Of a stretch of DNA of 64,000 nucleotides, positions 16,421 to 27,672 are shown piece after piece (within the stretch, counting starts at the first letter, position 1; each line of letters starts with the position of its first letter). Source of the DNA: Macrostomum lignano (taxonomy: Eukaryota); assembly GCA_002269645.1 (NCBI GenBank), contig NIVC01001092.1:124001-188000 (forward strand). The letters run 5' to 3'. The position numbers and the translations under genes are program-made. The notes under the pieces were generated by a model. It saw only the letters and a program-made list of their open reading frames with translations. It did not search any database and was not told the origin of the DNA.

Positions 16421-16979
16421 CCCTATAGGATCGGCCCCTCTTGCCCATTCTATTGTACAATCACTCTGGAACCATAAAAAGTCACTTCCCAAATAGGTTA
16501 ATATTATTTGTATTTACTAAAAGCCTATTTCAATCTGTCACCTCTGTCACCGACAAATCAGTTTTGTCGTGGCCTATCTGGCAATCGTAAAACTCTATAC
16601 GCTACTTATCTTATAAATTCAAATCACGACTTTCTTATCTGGCCATCTGTCTGTCTGTTTTTTAAGCGGTTTGTTGAAAAACGAATTGTTTGTACAAACT
16701 TGTGCTACTGTGGGCCGCTGTACTGTGAGTTTACTATTGCTGCTCAAACTGGGGAGACTCACTTAGTCCTACCGTTGGTCCATGTTTTTGCCCGTGTTTA
16801 AATTTTTATTGATCTCAAACTGTTACCTAACATAATATCGTGTGCCAATGCAAGTTTACATATGTGTTTGCAACCTACTGGCTTTACCGGTTTTAAAATC
16901 TGCTTTTTGTTAACACGCAGCGCCTCCTGTTTCTCGCTTCTCCTTTATTTACTGATCTCCCTCCTGTAGCTCGTATTTT

Positions 16980-17752
16980 TGTCACTCTCCCTGTGTCACT
17001 CTCTCCCTCCCTGTGTCACTTTCCCTCCCTGTGTCACTCCAGCTCCCTGTGTCACTCCAGCTCCCTGTGTCACTCCAGCTCCCTGTGTCACTCCAGCTCC
17101 CTGTGTCACTCCAGCTCCCTGTGTCACTCTCCCCCTCCATGTGTCACTCCAGCTCCCTGTGTCACTCTCTCGCTCCCTGTGTCACTCTCCCTCCCTGTGT
17201 CACTCCAGCTCCCTGTGTCACTCCCTCCCTGTGTCACTCCAGCTCCCTGTGTCACTCCCTCCCTGTGTCACTCCAGCTCCCTGTGTCACTCTCCCTCCCT
17301 GTGTCACACCAGCTCCCTGTGTCACTCTCCCTCCCTGTGTCACTCTCCCTCCCTGTGTCACTCTCCCTCTCTGTGTCACACCAGCTCCCTGTGTCACTCC
17401 AGCTCCCTGTGTCACTCTCTCCCTCCCTGTGTCACTCTCCCTCTCTGTGTCACACCAGCTCCCTGTGTCACTCTCTCCCTCCCTGTGTCACTCCAGCTCC
17501 CTGTGTCACTCTCTCCTTCCATGTGTCACTCTCCCTCCCTGTGTCACTCCAGCTCCCTGTGTCACTCTCTCCCTCCATGTGTCACCCTCTCCCTTCACGT
17601 GTCGCTCTCTCCCTCCCTGGGTCACTCTAGTTCCTTCCCTGTGTCACTCCAGCTCCCTCCATGTGTCACTCCAGCTCCCTCCATGTGTCACTCCAGCTCC
17701 CTCCATGTGTCACTCTTTCCCTCTTTTGTGTCACTCCAGCTCCCTCCATGTG
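16980..17752. repeat. ~18-bp minisatellite (CTGTGTCACTCCAGCTCC)n
   Basis: Direct tandem array. Confidence 0.95.
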
Positions 17753-18086
17753 TCGCATCCTTTGCCATTGCCTTTCCTTATGATTTAGTTTTTACTTTGC
17801 CCATGCATGTTGATACGTGTCTTATTAACTCGTGCTCGGAAAATGTTATTTTATGAAACTGCATTAAAGAACTAAAACGTGCAAGGCACTGCAAGCGCTC
17901 ATAGATTGTAATAGTAATATTATTAAATCAGCTGCTAATCTATCTTTTGTTATAAAACATATTTGCATTTAAACCTGTCCTGTAGGCTGCAGTTGCGCGT
18001 GTCGCATCTTGCGTAGTTTTTTATGAATAATCTTGAGCTTAAGCGGATGTACTTTATACCGTGACAAGACCATGACACCGTCACCG

Positions 18087-18540
18087 TGACAAGAATCGCT
18101 AAAGAGTCATTGCAATTTTGCAAACAGCTCATAAATGACCCTAGCAACTATGGGGCGACTCTTTAACGACTCAAACGACTGCAATGCGACGGAGAGGCGA
18201 CTGTTGAGTCGCAAGCGCATCACGTAAGTTGCAGAATCGTTAAAGAGTCGCGCAAAAAAGGTTGTTCAAGAGTCGTTATTTTAGCGTTATTATAAATGCG
18301 AAATGCAATTCTAATTCATAGAGTGACGCAGATGCGTTTTCGATGCAGCTCAGTGATTCTACAGTAACTCTGGCACGCCTCAATTTGACTCTTAGGCGAC
18401 TCTTTGACGAATTTTTGGCGACTTGTACCAGTGGTACCGTGACATCTTGTCGGTTTTAAGTCGTTTAGAGTGACTTCTTTTCTATTTTACCTGTGTTACC
18501 TGCAACGACTCTGGGTCAACACAAGTGACTTTGGGGCCCT
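18087..18540. mobile_element. Dispersed non-autonomous repeat; internally deleted relative at 37622-37760
   Basis: TGACAAGAATCGCTAAAGAGTCATTGC is identical at 18087 and 37622, and TATTTTACCTGTGTTAxCTGCAACGACTCTGGG is shared at ~18483 and ~37706. Confidence 0.6.
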
Positions 18541-21000
18541 TCTTGACCCATGGACGGTTCCCATGATGTCCTTCCTGTTAACTGATGGTGGGCGGGAGCT
18601 GTGAGCAGCAGGATGTGACAGCATTAATTAATTGTAATGTTATTAACCTTAATAATCAATATACTGGCCTTGCATACAAAGTTTTACTGTTTGTCTGCAC
18701 TGTTGCTAATAATGAATTTGTGCCTCGCGCTTTCACGGCTTAGTTGATCATCCGGAACTGGGCCGCAGAGCTGGTTGGCAAAAGCTGGCAAGTCGAGGAG
18801 GCGACAATCGACCCGCAGCAGCCATTCCGCTGACGCCCTGAGCTAGCACACGGATAGCAGTGGGTTTCTCATGGTTAGTTAGTTGCAATCTCTGTACCTC
18901 GGTGGTTGGCTCGCCGCTCTTCTCATGAACCGAAAGATTCAGGTGAATTTTCGTGCACACGTGTATTGAAAGAGATTGATTTTACTTTGCACTCCTAAAT
19001 CGTGCAAATATCGCTGCGAAATGCAATGGCGAGATAGGAAGATCAAATGCAATAATTGATTGGGATGAAAAACTTGATAACTTTAATAACCGAGGCGGCA
19101 GTGTTTAATTGCAGGAGTGAGAAAAGGTGCTCGCTTGAGAGCTAGGCTGACAAAATTTGCGCGTGGGGTGGCGGTTGAATACAATACCATACAAATCTCT
19201 AAGCCGGTCAATAACAATCGCCAGTGCTAGTGAGTCAACACTTTAGTGCATGCAACCTATAGCAGAGTTCATCATGTCACTATGTCACAAAAACAAATAT
19301 TTTTTTCTTATCGCAGCACTGTATTTTTATTCGAGGAAATAGGCCTTCAAAAAAGCTACACGATCTTTAAGTTTCACGTCCTGTTATACTACAGTGGTAA
19401 TTGCGTCCATAGCTATAGCTAATGCGATGCAATTTCCTTGATGATAGACAACTTCGCCAACAGTACAAGCGAGCTATCATTATGACTCAGATTGGCGGGG
19501 GAACTCCGAAAGAGGCGATGCAGTGGGAATCATTAGCAGGCCTGACTGCATGCAGCCGCAGTTTTGATTGGGAAGGCCGCATAGCGACAGCCGGGCAAAG
19601 CCTTGAACAAGAAGATTGAGCGTGCGAGCGACCAGTCTTAAAAGAGAATTTATGAATAGAGTGAACAGGAAAAGGAAACGCGAGAGAGCATAGGAACGAG
19701 AAGGAGAAAGAGGCGCATTGAGAACACGGGATGGCGACGGGGGGAATAATGCGTGTGAGAGTGATGGCATGGCAGCTGCGATGAGAGTTACCTTATACTT
19801 ACTTTTACTGGGGAAGCTGCGCCCCTCATCTGCCTATCTATATCAATCCCTGTTTAATCCACCCCAATCTGTGTCCTCTGGGCATGCAGTGCAGAGCCGA
19901 AAATTGCATTAATCCGCAACACAATGTGTGCCCGCCGCGCCCGCACACAGGGGGAGAGGAACGGCTCGGTCGACTCAGCTCCTCATCTATACTTAGTCTC
20001 TCCCCACTCCCACGCTGCCTCCGCGTGTCTCTTCAGAAGTTCGAAGGCCCCGCCCCGAGTATCCCCCAGCTCAGAACGCGGGAGGGTCGAGGTTGCATCC
20101 GCAGCAGCAAATCTCCTGGCCCTTTAGTCTGGATCTCCTGGCCTCAAGCTTCGCTGTCTCCTTGCTTCTTTTGAGACTTTGCGACAAGAAATTGGAGTGC
20201 TGGGAGAGAGGGAGATGCTAAAGCCGCGAGTCGGGGCGCGCTGTCGCTCCGTTTGAGCTCCGCAGCCCGAGCTGCAGTTCCCTCGCCCCCAATCAGTGCC
20301 TACGGGCTGTGCTGGTCGCCAAGGCCCGCCACCTCGTTCCTTCTTCCTTCCTTCAGCGCTTCAACTCTCCCTCTGCTCTCTCCTCCGCCCGCGGTTTCTC
20401 TACTTCCCAACTTCCTTCTCCCGATCCGATGCCTCTAATACCGTCACTGCCGCGGGTGACACACGAGCTTCTGCGGCGCTGCCTCGCCGGCCACCCAAAC
20501 TGAAAGAAGAAAAGAATTAGGGGGGGGGGAGATGCGATAGGACGGCGCGGGGGACGGCCCTGTGTGCCGGCATAAACGGCATGGAGGGAAGAGAAGGGAA
20601 GCAGGGAAAGGGGGGCAGCACACATTGTGGCGGCTGAGCATATATAAGGTAGCTCTGGAGGCTCCCAGCCAGCGCTTCCAAAAAAGTAACCACCCCACAC
20701 TTACCTCGCGTGCGATTCCACATCCTCGTGCAGAGAGAGAGAAACACGGAACGCGTATTGGAACTCAACTACAGTCGAGGCGTACACGATCGAAGAGTAT
20801 CAGATTGACGAACTGGGCGGTGAGCGATTGAGTGCACTTCTGCGTAGATTAGTGAAGAAGCAATAACTGTCAGTAGATTAAATAGCAGCACCCACCCATT
20901 GATAGACTGATCAGCAACCTAAGCAATCGAGTTAAAAAATCGAACAATTAGAGGAATTGAAATTGCAGCTTCGTTACTCAGCCAGCCACCCACTCACTCA

Positions 21001-21316
21001 AGTCAGTCAGTCAGTCAGTCAGTCAGTCAGTCAGTCAGTCAGTCAGTCAGTCAGTCAGTCAGTCAGTCAGTCAGTCAGTCAGTCAGTCAGTCAGTCAGTC
21101 AGTCAGTCAGTCAGTCAGTCAGTCAGTCAGTCAGTCAGTCAGTCAGTCAGTCAGTCAGTCAGTCAGTCAGTCAGTCAGTCAGTCAGTCAGTCAGTCAGTC
21201 AGTCAGTCAGTCAGTCAGTCAGTCAGTCAGTCAGTCAGTCAGTCAGTCAGTCAGTCAGTCAGTCAGTCAGTCAGTCAGTCAGTCAGTCAGTCAGTCAGTC
21301 AGTCAGTCAGTCAGTC
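21001..21316. repeat. Perfect (AGTC)n microsatellite, ~79 units
   Basis: Uninterrupted tetranucleotide array. Confidence 0.98.
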
Positions 21317-21818
21317 TTTGGAGTCAGAGAGCCCATCTCAACCCCAACACTCTCAGCTGGCCTATATTGCATTCTATTTTTGGTTTGCCCATGTTTTTAA
21401 TTAAAAGCCGATGGACCGCAGCAGGTGTAGGCACGTACGAGTAACTGAAAAATTCAAAAAGGGATTAGGGATTAGAAAGGGGCCGAGAGGATCAGAGCCG
21501 AAATTTCAAGAGTTAGAACAAATGAAAAAATGAAAAAAAATTAATAAAACTAGTCGGAAATTTAAACACGTTCACATTTTTACGTAACTTTTATTAAATC
21601 CAGAAGCTTTCCTTTTATCTTCAAATCTTCAAATCTTCACGTCTTCAAATTTCCTTGAAGTTGACTTCACTTCCGGAATGTATATTTGACGTCATGTTTT
21701 AGATGCTATATTTCACTGGGAACATTGATAATAATATTTTTGCTAATTAAAAGCAAAATCAAGAGTCAACCGCGCACCAATTTCAGAGCAACTTACAGTC
21801 TCAACTCACTACTCAAGC

Positions 21819-24800
21819 ATGACTGAGAAGTACAAGCTGATCTACTTTCCCATCCGCTTCCGGGCCGAAGGCCTCCGTTGGACCTTGGCCTACTCTGGCC
21901 TGCCCTGGGAGGACAAGAAGATCATGATGGAGGAGTGGGCCGGACTCAAGCCAAGTGAGCTGTACTGTATACTGTACTGTACTGGGTTGTGTCTGTACAC
22001 TCGGATAGATTGTGTCTGTACACTCGGATGGATTGTGTCTGTACACTCGGATAGATTGTGTCTGTACACTCGGATAGATTGTGTCTGTACACTCGGATAG
22101 ATTGTGTCTGTACACTCGGATAGATTGTGTCTGTACACTCGAATAGATTGTGTCTGTACACTCGGATGGATTGTGTCTGTACACTCGGATAGATTGTGTC
22201 TGTACACTCGGATAGATTGTGTCTGTACACTCGGATATATTGTGTCTGTACACATGGATAGATTGTGTCTGTACACTCGGATAGATTGTGTCTGTACACT
22301 CGGATAGATTGTGTCTGTACACTCGGATATATTGTGTCTGTACACACGGATATATTGTGTCTGTACACACGGATAGATTGTGTCTGTACACTCGGATAGA
22401 TTGTGTCTGTACACTCGGATATATTGTGTCTGTACACTCAGATAGATTGTGCCTGCACACTCGGATAGATTGTGCCTGTACACTCGGATAGATTGTGCCT
22501 GTACACTCGGATAGAGGGAGAGTTTTGTCTGCTGTACACTGGATCGCACACGCAGCGTATTATTAATGCCGCATCGATCAGCTTAGGCGGCCAGTTCAGT
22601 TACAAGACGGCCCCGTTAATAACAGACTCAAAGCAATCTCAGCTAGCCCTGACTTCGTTAGGGTGGGGGATGGGGTGCAGACCTGCGCAGAGGATATTGC
22701 CCACGGCCGGTAATTGGCGCCTACGGGATGTCAACGGTAGTTCGAGTCGAGTTCCTCGGCTTGCTTGGCTAGAAATCTCCTTACCCTTCCCACAGCTTCC
22801 CGTTCTTGCCCTGGGTTCCTTATTTCTCTTAGCAGAAGAAGCAACTGTCCTACAAAGCCAAATATCTGCTTCCGCGCTCGTGCAGAGAAAAAAAGAAATT
22901 TTCCGGCCGGTGTCCTGTCAGTGACCTGTTTTTTATTGCCGAACCCTTCCCCTCTGTATCCTCTTCTTGTCTGTCTCCTCTTCAGCATTCTTTCCTTTTT
23001 AACATTCTTCCTCACTGAGTCGCCTCCTCACTGAGTCGCCCCCCCCTCACTGAGTCGCCCCCTCACTGAGTTGCCTCCTCACTGAGTCGCCTCCTCACTG
23101 AGTCGCCCCCCTTACTGAATTGCCCCCCTCACTGAGTCGCCTCCTCACTGAGTCGCACCCCTCACTGAGTCGCCCCCCTCACTGAGTCGCCCCCTCACTG
23201 AGTCGCCCCTCACTGAGTCACCCCCGTCACTGAATTGCCCCCTCACTGAGTCGCCCCTCACTGAGTCGCCCCCCCTCACTGAATTGCCCCCTCACTGAGT
23301 CACCCCCTCACTGAGTCGCCTCCTCACTGAATTGCCCCCCTCACTGAGTCTCCCGCCTCACTGAGTCGCCCCCCTCACTGAGTCGCCCCCCTCACTGAGT
23401 CTCCCGCCTCACTGAGTTGCCCCCCTCACTGAGGTGAATTGCCCCCGCCTCACTGAGTCGCCCCCTCACTGAGTCGCCCCCTCACTGAGTCACCCCTCAC
23501 TGAGTCGCCCCCCTCACTGAATTGCCCCCTCACTGAGTCACCCCTCACTGAGTCGTCTCCTCACTGAATTGCCCTCTCACTGAGTCGCCCCCCTCACTGA
23601 GTCTCCCGCCTCACTGAGTTGCCCCCCTCACTGAGGTGAATTGCCCCCGCCTCACTGAGTCGCCCCCTCACTGAGTCGCCCCTCACTGAGTCGCCCCTCA
23701 CTGAGTCGCCCCCTCACTGAGTCGCCCCCTCACTGAGTCGCCCCCTCACTGAGTCGCCCCTCACTGAGTCGCCCCCTCACTGAGTCGCCCCCTCACTGAG
23801 TCGCTCCCTCTCACTGAGTCGCCCCCTCACTGAGTCGCTCCCTCTCACTGAGTCGCCCCATAACTGAGTAGCTTTCTCTTTCATTCCCCCTTCTGCATTT
23901 CTCGTTGTTTCTCATCGATTCAATTAGATATTTTTCTGTTTCTGTTCCCTGTTTCATCCGCCCCCCCCTCCGCGTGCGACTCTCCTCTCTCTCTAAAATC
24001 TTCTCCTGCCCACCCTTTCACCTGGCTGACTGCGGCTCCCCTGGGAGGCTCTGGGACGCGGAGACTCGATGAAAAACGTGCACGCTGAGTCCCTACACAA
24101 GCGGCAGGTGTTCCGGGAGGCCAGGTTAATCCCATTCCTTGTTTTTTCCAGTCATTCTGTCAGCCTAGGACGGCTACATCGCTTCAGCCTTGACGCTTTT
24201 CTGTGCCCCTGAAATCCCCTTTTTTAACCTTCTCCCATGCCCCATCCCCTCCTGCTCCGTCCCTCCTCTGCACGGAATCTCTCGGTTTAGCAGAGGAGCT
24301 GGGGGGGGGGGGGCACGTGGCTGCAAGCAGCCTGCATGATGAGTTATCCCTCTCTGCTTCTTAAGTCGCAAAAGTTCCGTGACGAACCGAGCTTGCCAGA
24401 CCAAGAAGCCGCGGAGAAGCAGGCGGGCTTCAGCTTGAAGCAAATGGGATTAAAAGAACACAGCAATCCTTGCTCTAATCGCAAGAAGACTTTCTTCTTT
24501 CAGGCTTCTTTAGCCGACCCTAGTTCCGACCTGTTTTTTAGAAATCCAAGAGTCGCAGGATGAAGAATAGAGGCTGCGTGCACGTTTCTCAGGCTCAGAA
24601 TCCATCAAGCAGTGTTTAGGCCTGACTGGGCACACATCTTATTGCCTTGACTGACTCTATTGAAACTCTGCGCGTGTCGGGACTTGCTCAATTAGCCTTG
24701 TGTCCTGGGGGCCACTTACTGGCCTGCCAGCCCAAGCGAAAGGCCCGGAGCAGCCTGGAGCAGCCCTGCGCTACTATTACTACTAAAAGTACCTGATCGA

Positions 24801-25810
24801 ATATCGCTAGTAGGCAGCAGGGAACACATCATTCACGCATTACCTGTCACATCATCCACACCTCACCTGTCACATCATCCAACTTCACCTGTCAGATCAT
24901 CCACATCTCACCTGTCACATTATCCACATCTCACCTGTCACATCATCCACATCTCACCTGTCACATTATCCACACCTTACCTGTCACATCTAAACATCTT
25001 AAATCCGCAGCCGTGCCGTCCGGCATTTTGCCCTGTCTGGTGACCCCTGACGGCCGCAAGCTCGTCCAGTCGGCCGCCATCGCCCGGTTCCTGGCCGTCC
25101 GGGCTGGCATCTACCCGGCCGGCGAGGCCGAGCAGTGCAAATGCGACGAGTTGATTGCCCTGGTGCAGTGCGACCTCATGGCCGCCTACGAGCAGTTCCT
25201 GCCGCTGCGGCCGCAGGAGGAGCGCCGGCGCGGCTACGACAACTGGAACGAGAAGGCCGCGCCAAGGATTCTGGGCTATTTGGACGGCATTCTGGCTGAT
25301 AGCCAGTCGGGCTACCTCATCGGGGACGAGGCAAGCAGATGCTTTGCACTTTTAGTTTTGAAGAAATCTACTCTCACTTGTAATTTCCTTGCTAGTAGGG
25401 ACTTCTAAAGTACCAGCTAGAAATTTACTTAGGAGTTCCCTGCGAGAGTAAAAATATATCTGTATTGGGGATTTCCCTCGACCTTGATTTGGGATTCCCC
25501 CTGCGCACGTAGAGCACAAAAATAGATCTCTTCTGTATAGGGATTTCCCTGCGTACATGTACAAAAATGTCTCTTCATTTAGGATTTCCCTGCGCACATA
25601 TGCAAAAGTAGCTTAAACTACCCGCAGCTGACAGTCGCCGACCTGCTAGTAGCAGCGGTCGTGGACTCCCTGTCGCAGATCCCAGAGGTCCGAGCGTCGG
25701 CCCAGTCCAGGAAGCACCTGACCGCCCACCTGGCCAAGCTGCGCCAGCAGGAGAAGCTGGCCGCCTATTTGAAGTCGCGAGACGACTCATTTCCCGGCTT
25801 CAACGTGTGA
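21819..25810 (+). CDS. GST: Glutathione S-transferase (Tyr-type, sigma-like). Exons 21819-21954, 25011-25330, 25628-25810
   Basis: MTEKYKLIYFPIRFRAEGLRWTLAY...WAGLKP/TVPSGILPCL...LVQSAAIARFLA...YLIGDE/LTVADLLV...YLKSR. Thioredoxin-fold N-domain with catalytic Tyr, QS motif, N-capping TxAD. Second intron is GC-AG. Confidence 0.92.
21985..22515. repeat. 23-bp minisatellite (TGTGTCTGTACACTCGGATAGAT)n, GST intron 1
   Basis: Direct tandem array starting ~30 bp after the donor. Confidence 0.95.
23012..23868. repeat. 16-18-bp minisatellite (CCTCACTGAGTCGCCC)n, GST intron 1
   Basis: Direct tandem array. Confidence 0.95.
24838..24990. repeat. 23-bp tandem repeat (CACCTGTCACATCATCCACATCT)n next to GST exon 2 acceptor
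   Basis: About 6 copies. Confidence 0.85.
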
Positions 25811-26284
25811 GCTGCGGAGGAGGGCAAGCAAAAGGAAAACGCAGGAGGCGAACCGCCAACTGACCCTTTATTTGAGACTCGAAGCGACTAATCTCACTGA
25901 TTCTAATCATAAATCACGTTTAAGAAATTCAGTCCACGCTTTTACCATTAAGCTGTAGAATTTTCAGCTTGTTCGCTACCTAATCATTAATTGTTTGAGT
26001 CGGCAATTTTCAATAAATAGTAAAATAAACTCTTCAAATGAGTCAGCTTTGCACTCTTGTAAGGCCATCTGCAGATAACGGCAAGCAGTCACTGCCGCCT
26101 ACTTGCCGTCCATTTAAAACTAAGTTGCAAAAAATCACAAATATAATGGCCTGAATTTGAGTTGAAGAAACTGAAAAAGCCTTATGCAGCTAGAAGCGCC
26201 ATTTGAAGGCTAGAGGTGGCAACGGGTGTCAAATGGAGGTCAAATGGAAATCTGGGGTGTCAAATAAAGATGTCGAATAAAGAG

Positions 26285-26530
26285 GTGTCAAATGAAAGTT
26301 AGAGGTGTCAAATGGAGGTTAGAGGTGTCAAATGGAGGTTAGAGGTGTCAAATGGAGGTCAGAGGTGTCGAATGGAGGTTAGAGGTATCAAATGGAGGTC
26401 AGAGGTGTCAAATGGAGGTTAGAGGTGTCGAATGGAGGTCAGAGGTGTCGAATGGAGGTTAGAGGTGTCGAATGGAGGTCAGAGGTGTCAAATGGAGGTT
26501 AGAGGTGTCGAATGGAGGTCAAAGGTGTCA
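26285..26530. repeat. 20-bp minisatellite (GAGGTGTCAAATGGAGGTTA)n
   Basis: Direct tandem array. Confidence 0.9.
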
Positions 26531-26887
26531 ACTGGCGGTTGGATGTGTCAAACGGATATTAGATGCGCGAAGAGGTTCAAAAAAGACATTAAAACACCCG
26601 GTTGTTCGAAAAGCTTGCAAACATTAGCCACCAGAGAGAAAGGTCGCTAGAAATCGTCAACAACCAATCAGAATCCATTCGAATTCAGTTCTGAATTTCG
26701 CGTGTTTTTTAGCGGCGAAGCGAGTTTCAATGGGAAGGGAGGTCGCTGACTTTGTTTTGTGTCGCCAGTCTTCATTATATTGATTATTGTATACGGGTTT
26801 CAAATCACTGCAACAAAGGTAAATTTGTCTTTAAGTATGGCATAACTTACAGTATTACAGTGGTGAAGAATGTCTCTCTCTATAGTA

Positions 26888-27372
26888 GCGCTCACACCTG
26901 TTTATATAGTGCTAACACCTGTTTATATAGTGCTAACACCTGTTTATATAGTGCTAACACCTGTTTATATAGTGCTCACACCTGTTTATATAGTGCTCAC
27001 ACCTGTTTATATAGTGCTCACACCTGTTTATATAGTGCTCACACCTGTTTATATAGTGCTCAGACCTGTTTATATAGTGCTAACACCTGTTTATATAGTG
27101 CTAACACCTGTTTATATAGTGCTAACACCTGTTTATATAGTGCTAACACCTGTTTATATAGTGCTCACACCTGTTTATATAGTGCTAACACCTGTTTATA
27201 TAGTGCTCAGACCTGTTTATATAGTGCTAACACCTGTTTATATAGTGCTAACACCTGTTTATATAGTGCTAACACCTGTTTATATAGTGCTCACACCTGT
27301 TTATATAGTGCTAACACCTGTTTATATAGTGCTAACACCTGTTTATATAGTGCTCAGACCTGTTTATATAGT
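26888..27372. repeat. 21-bp minisatellite (ACACCTGTTTATATAGTGCTA)n
   Basis: About 23 direct copies. Confidence 0.95.
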
Positions 27373-27387
27373 ACTCAAGGCCACTAG

Positions 27388-27515
27388 TGAGTGTACATGC
27401 CTGACGAATAGAAAGTCAGGCCCGCTGTACACCCCGTGTGAGCGGAATGGCCAGAATTGCCGTCAGCGTTGGCTTGTAGGAAGATGTCGCCGAAGATATT
27501 GCGCCCGGGTGCTCA
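27388..27515 (+). mobile_element. Truncated, diverged relative of SINE family 1
   Basis: Shares AGTGTACATGCCT...GGCCGCTGTACAC, GCGGAATGG and ATGTCGC...TGCGCCxGGGTGC blocks with 4002 and 49201 copies. Confidence 0.65.
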
Positions 27516-27672
27516 CAGTTCCTCTGCAGTAGTATATCATACATGTTACCTGTTATAACTGGGGTCAGCGCCTGCCCCACAGTGATGTCACTTAAATCCT
27601 AGACTCAGTTGCGTTTATTTAGAAAATCAAGGCCCAGCTCAAAATTTACTCCTTCTTTTTTAGACTTCAAAA

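Noticed and set aside
25432-25590. NF-kB site cluster (GGGATTTCCC) in GST intron 2
   Set aside because: Explained as a decayed tandem repeat; no evidence for function, and NF-kB presence in this lineage is doubtful.
27398-27420. Hammerhead ribozyme core CTGACGA...GAAA
   Set aside because: Only 3 nt between CTGACGA and GAAA (no stem II), and related copies have CTAACGA...GAAG pairing as a simple hairpin.
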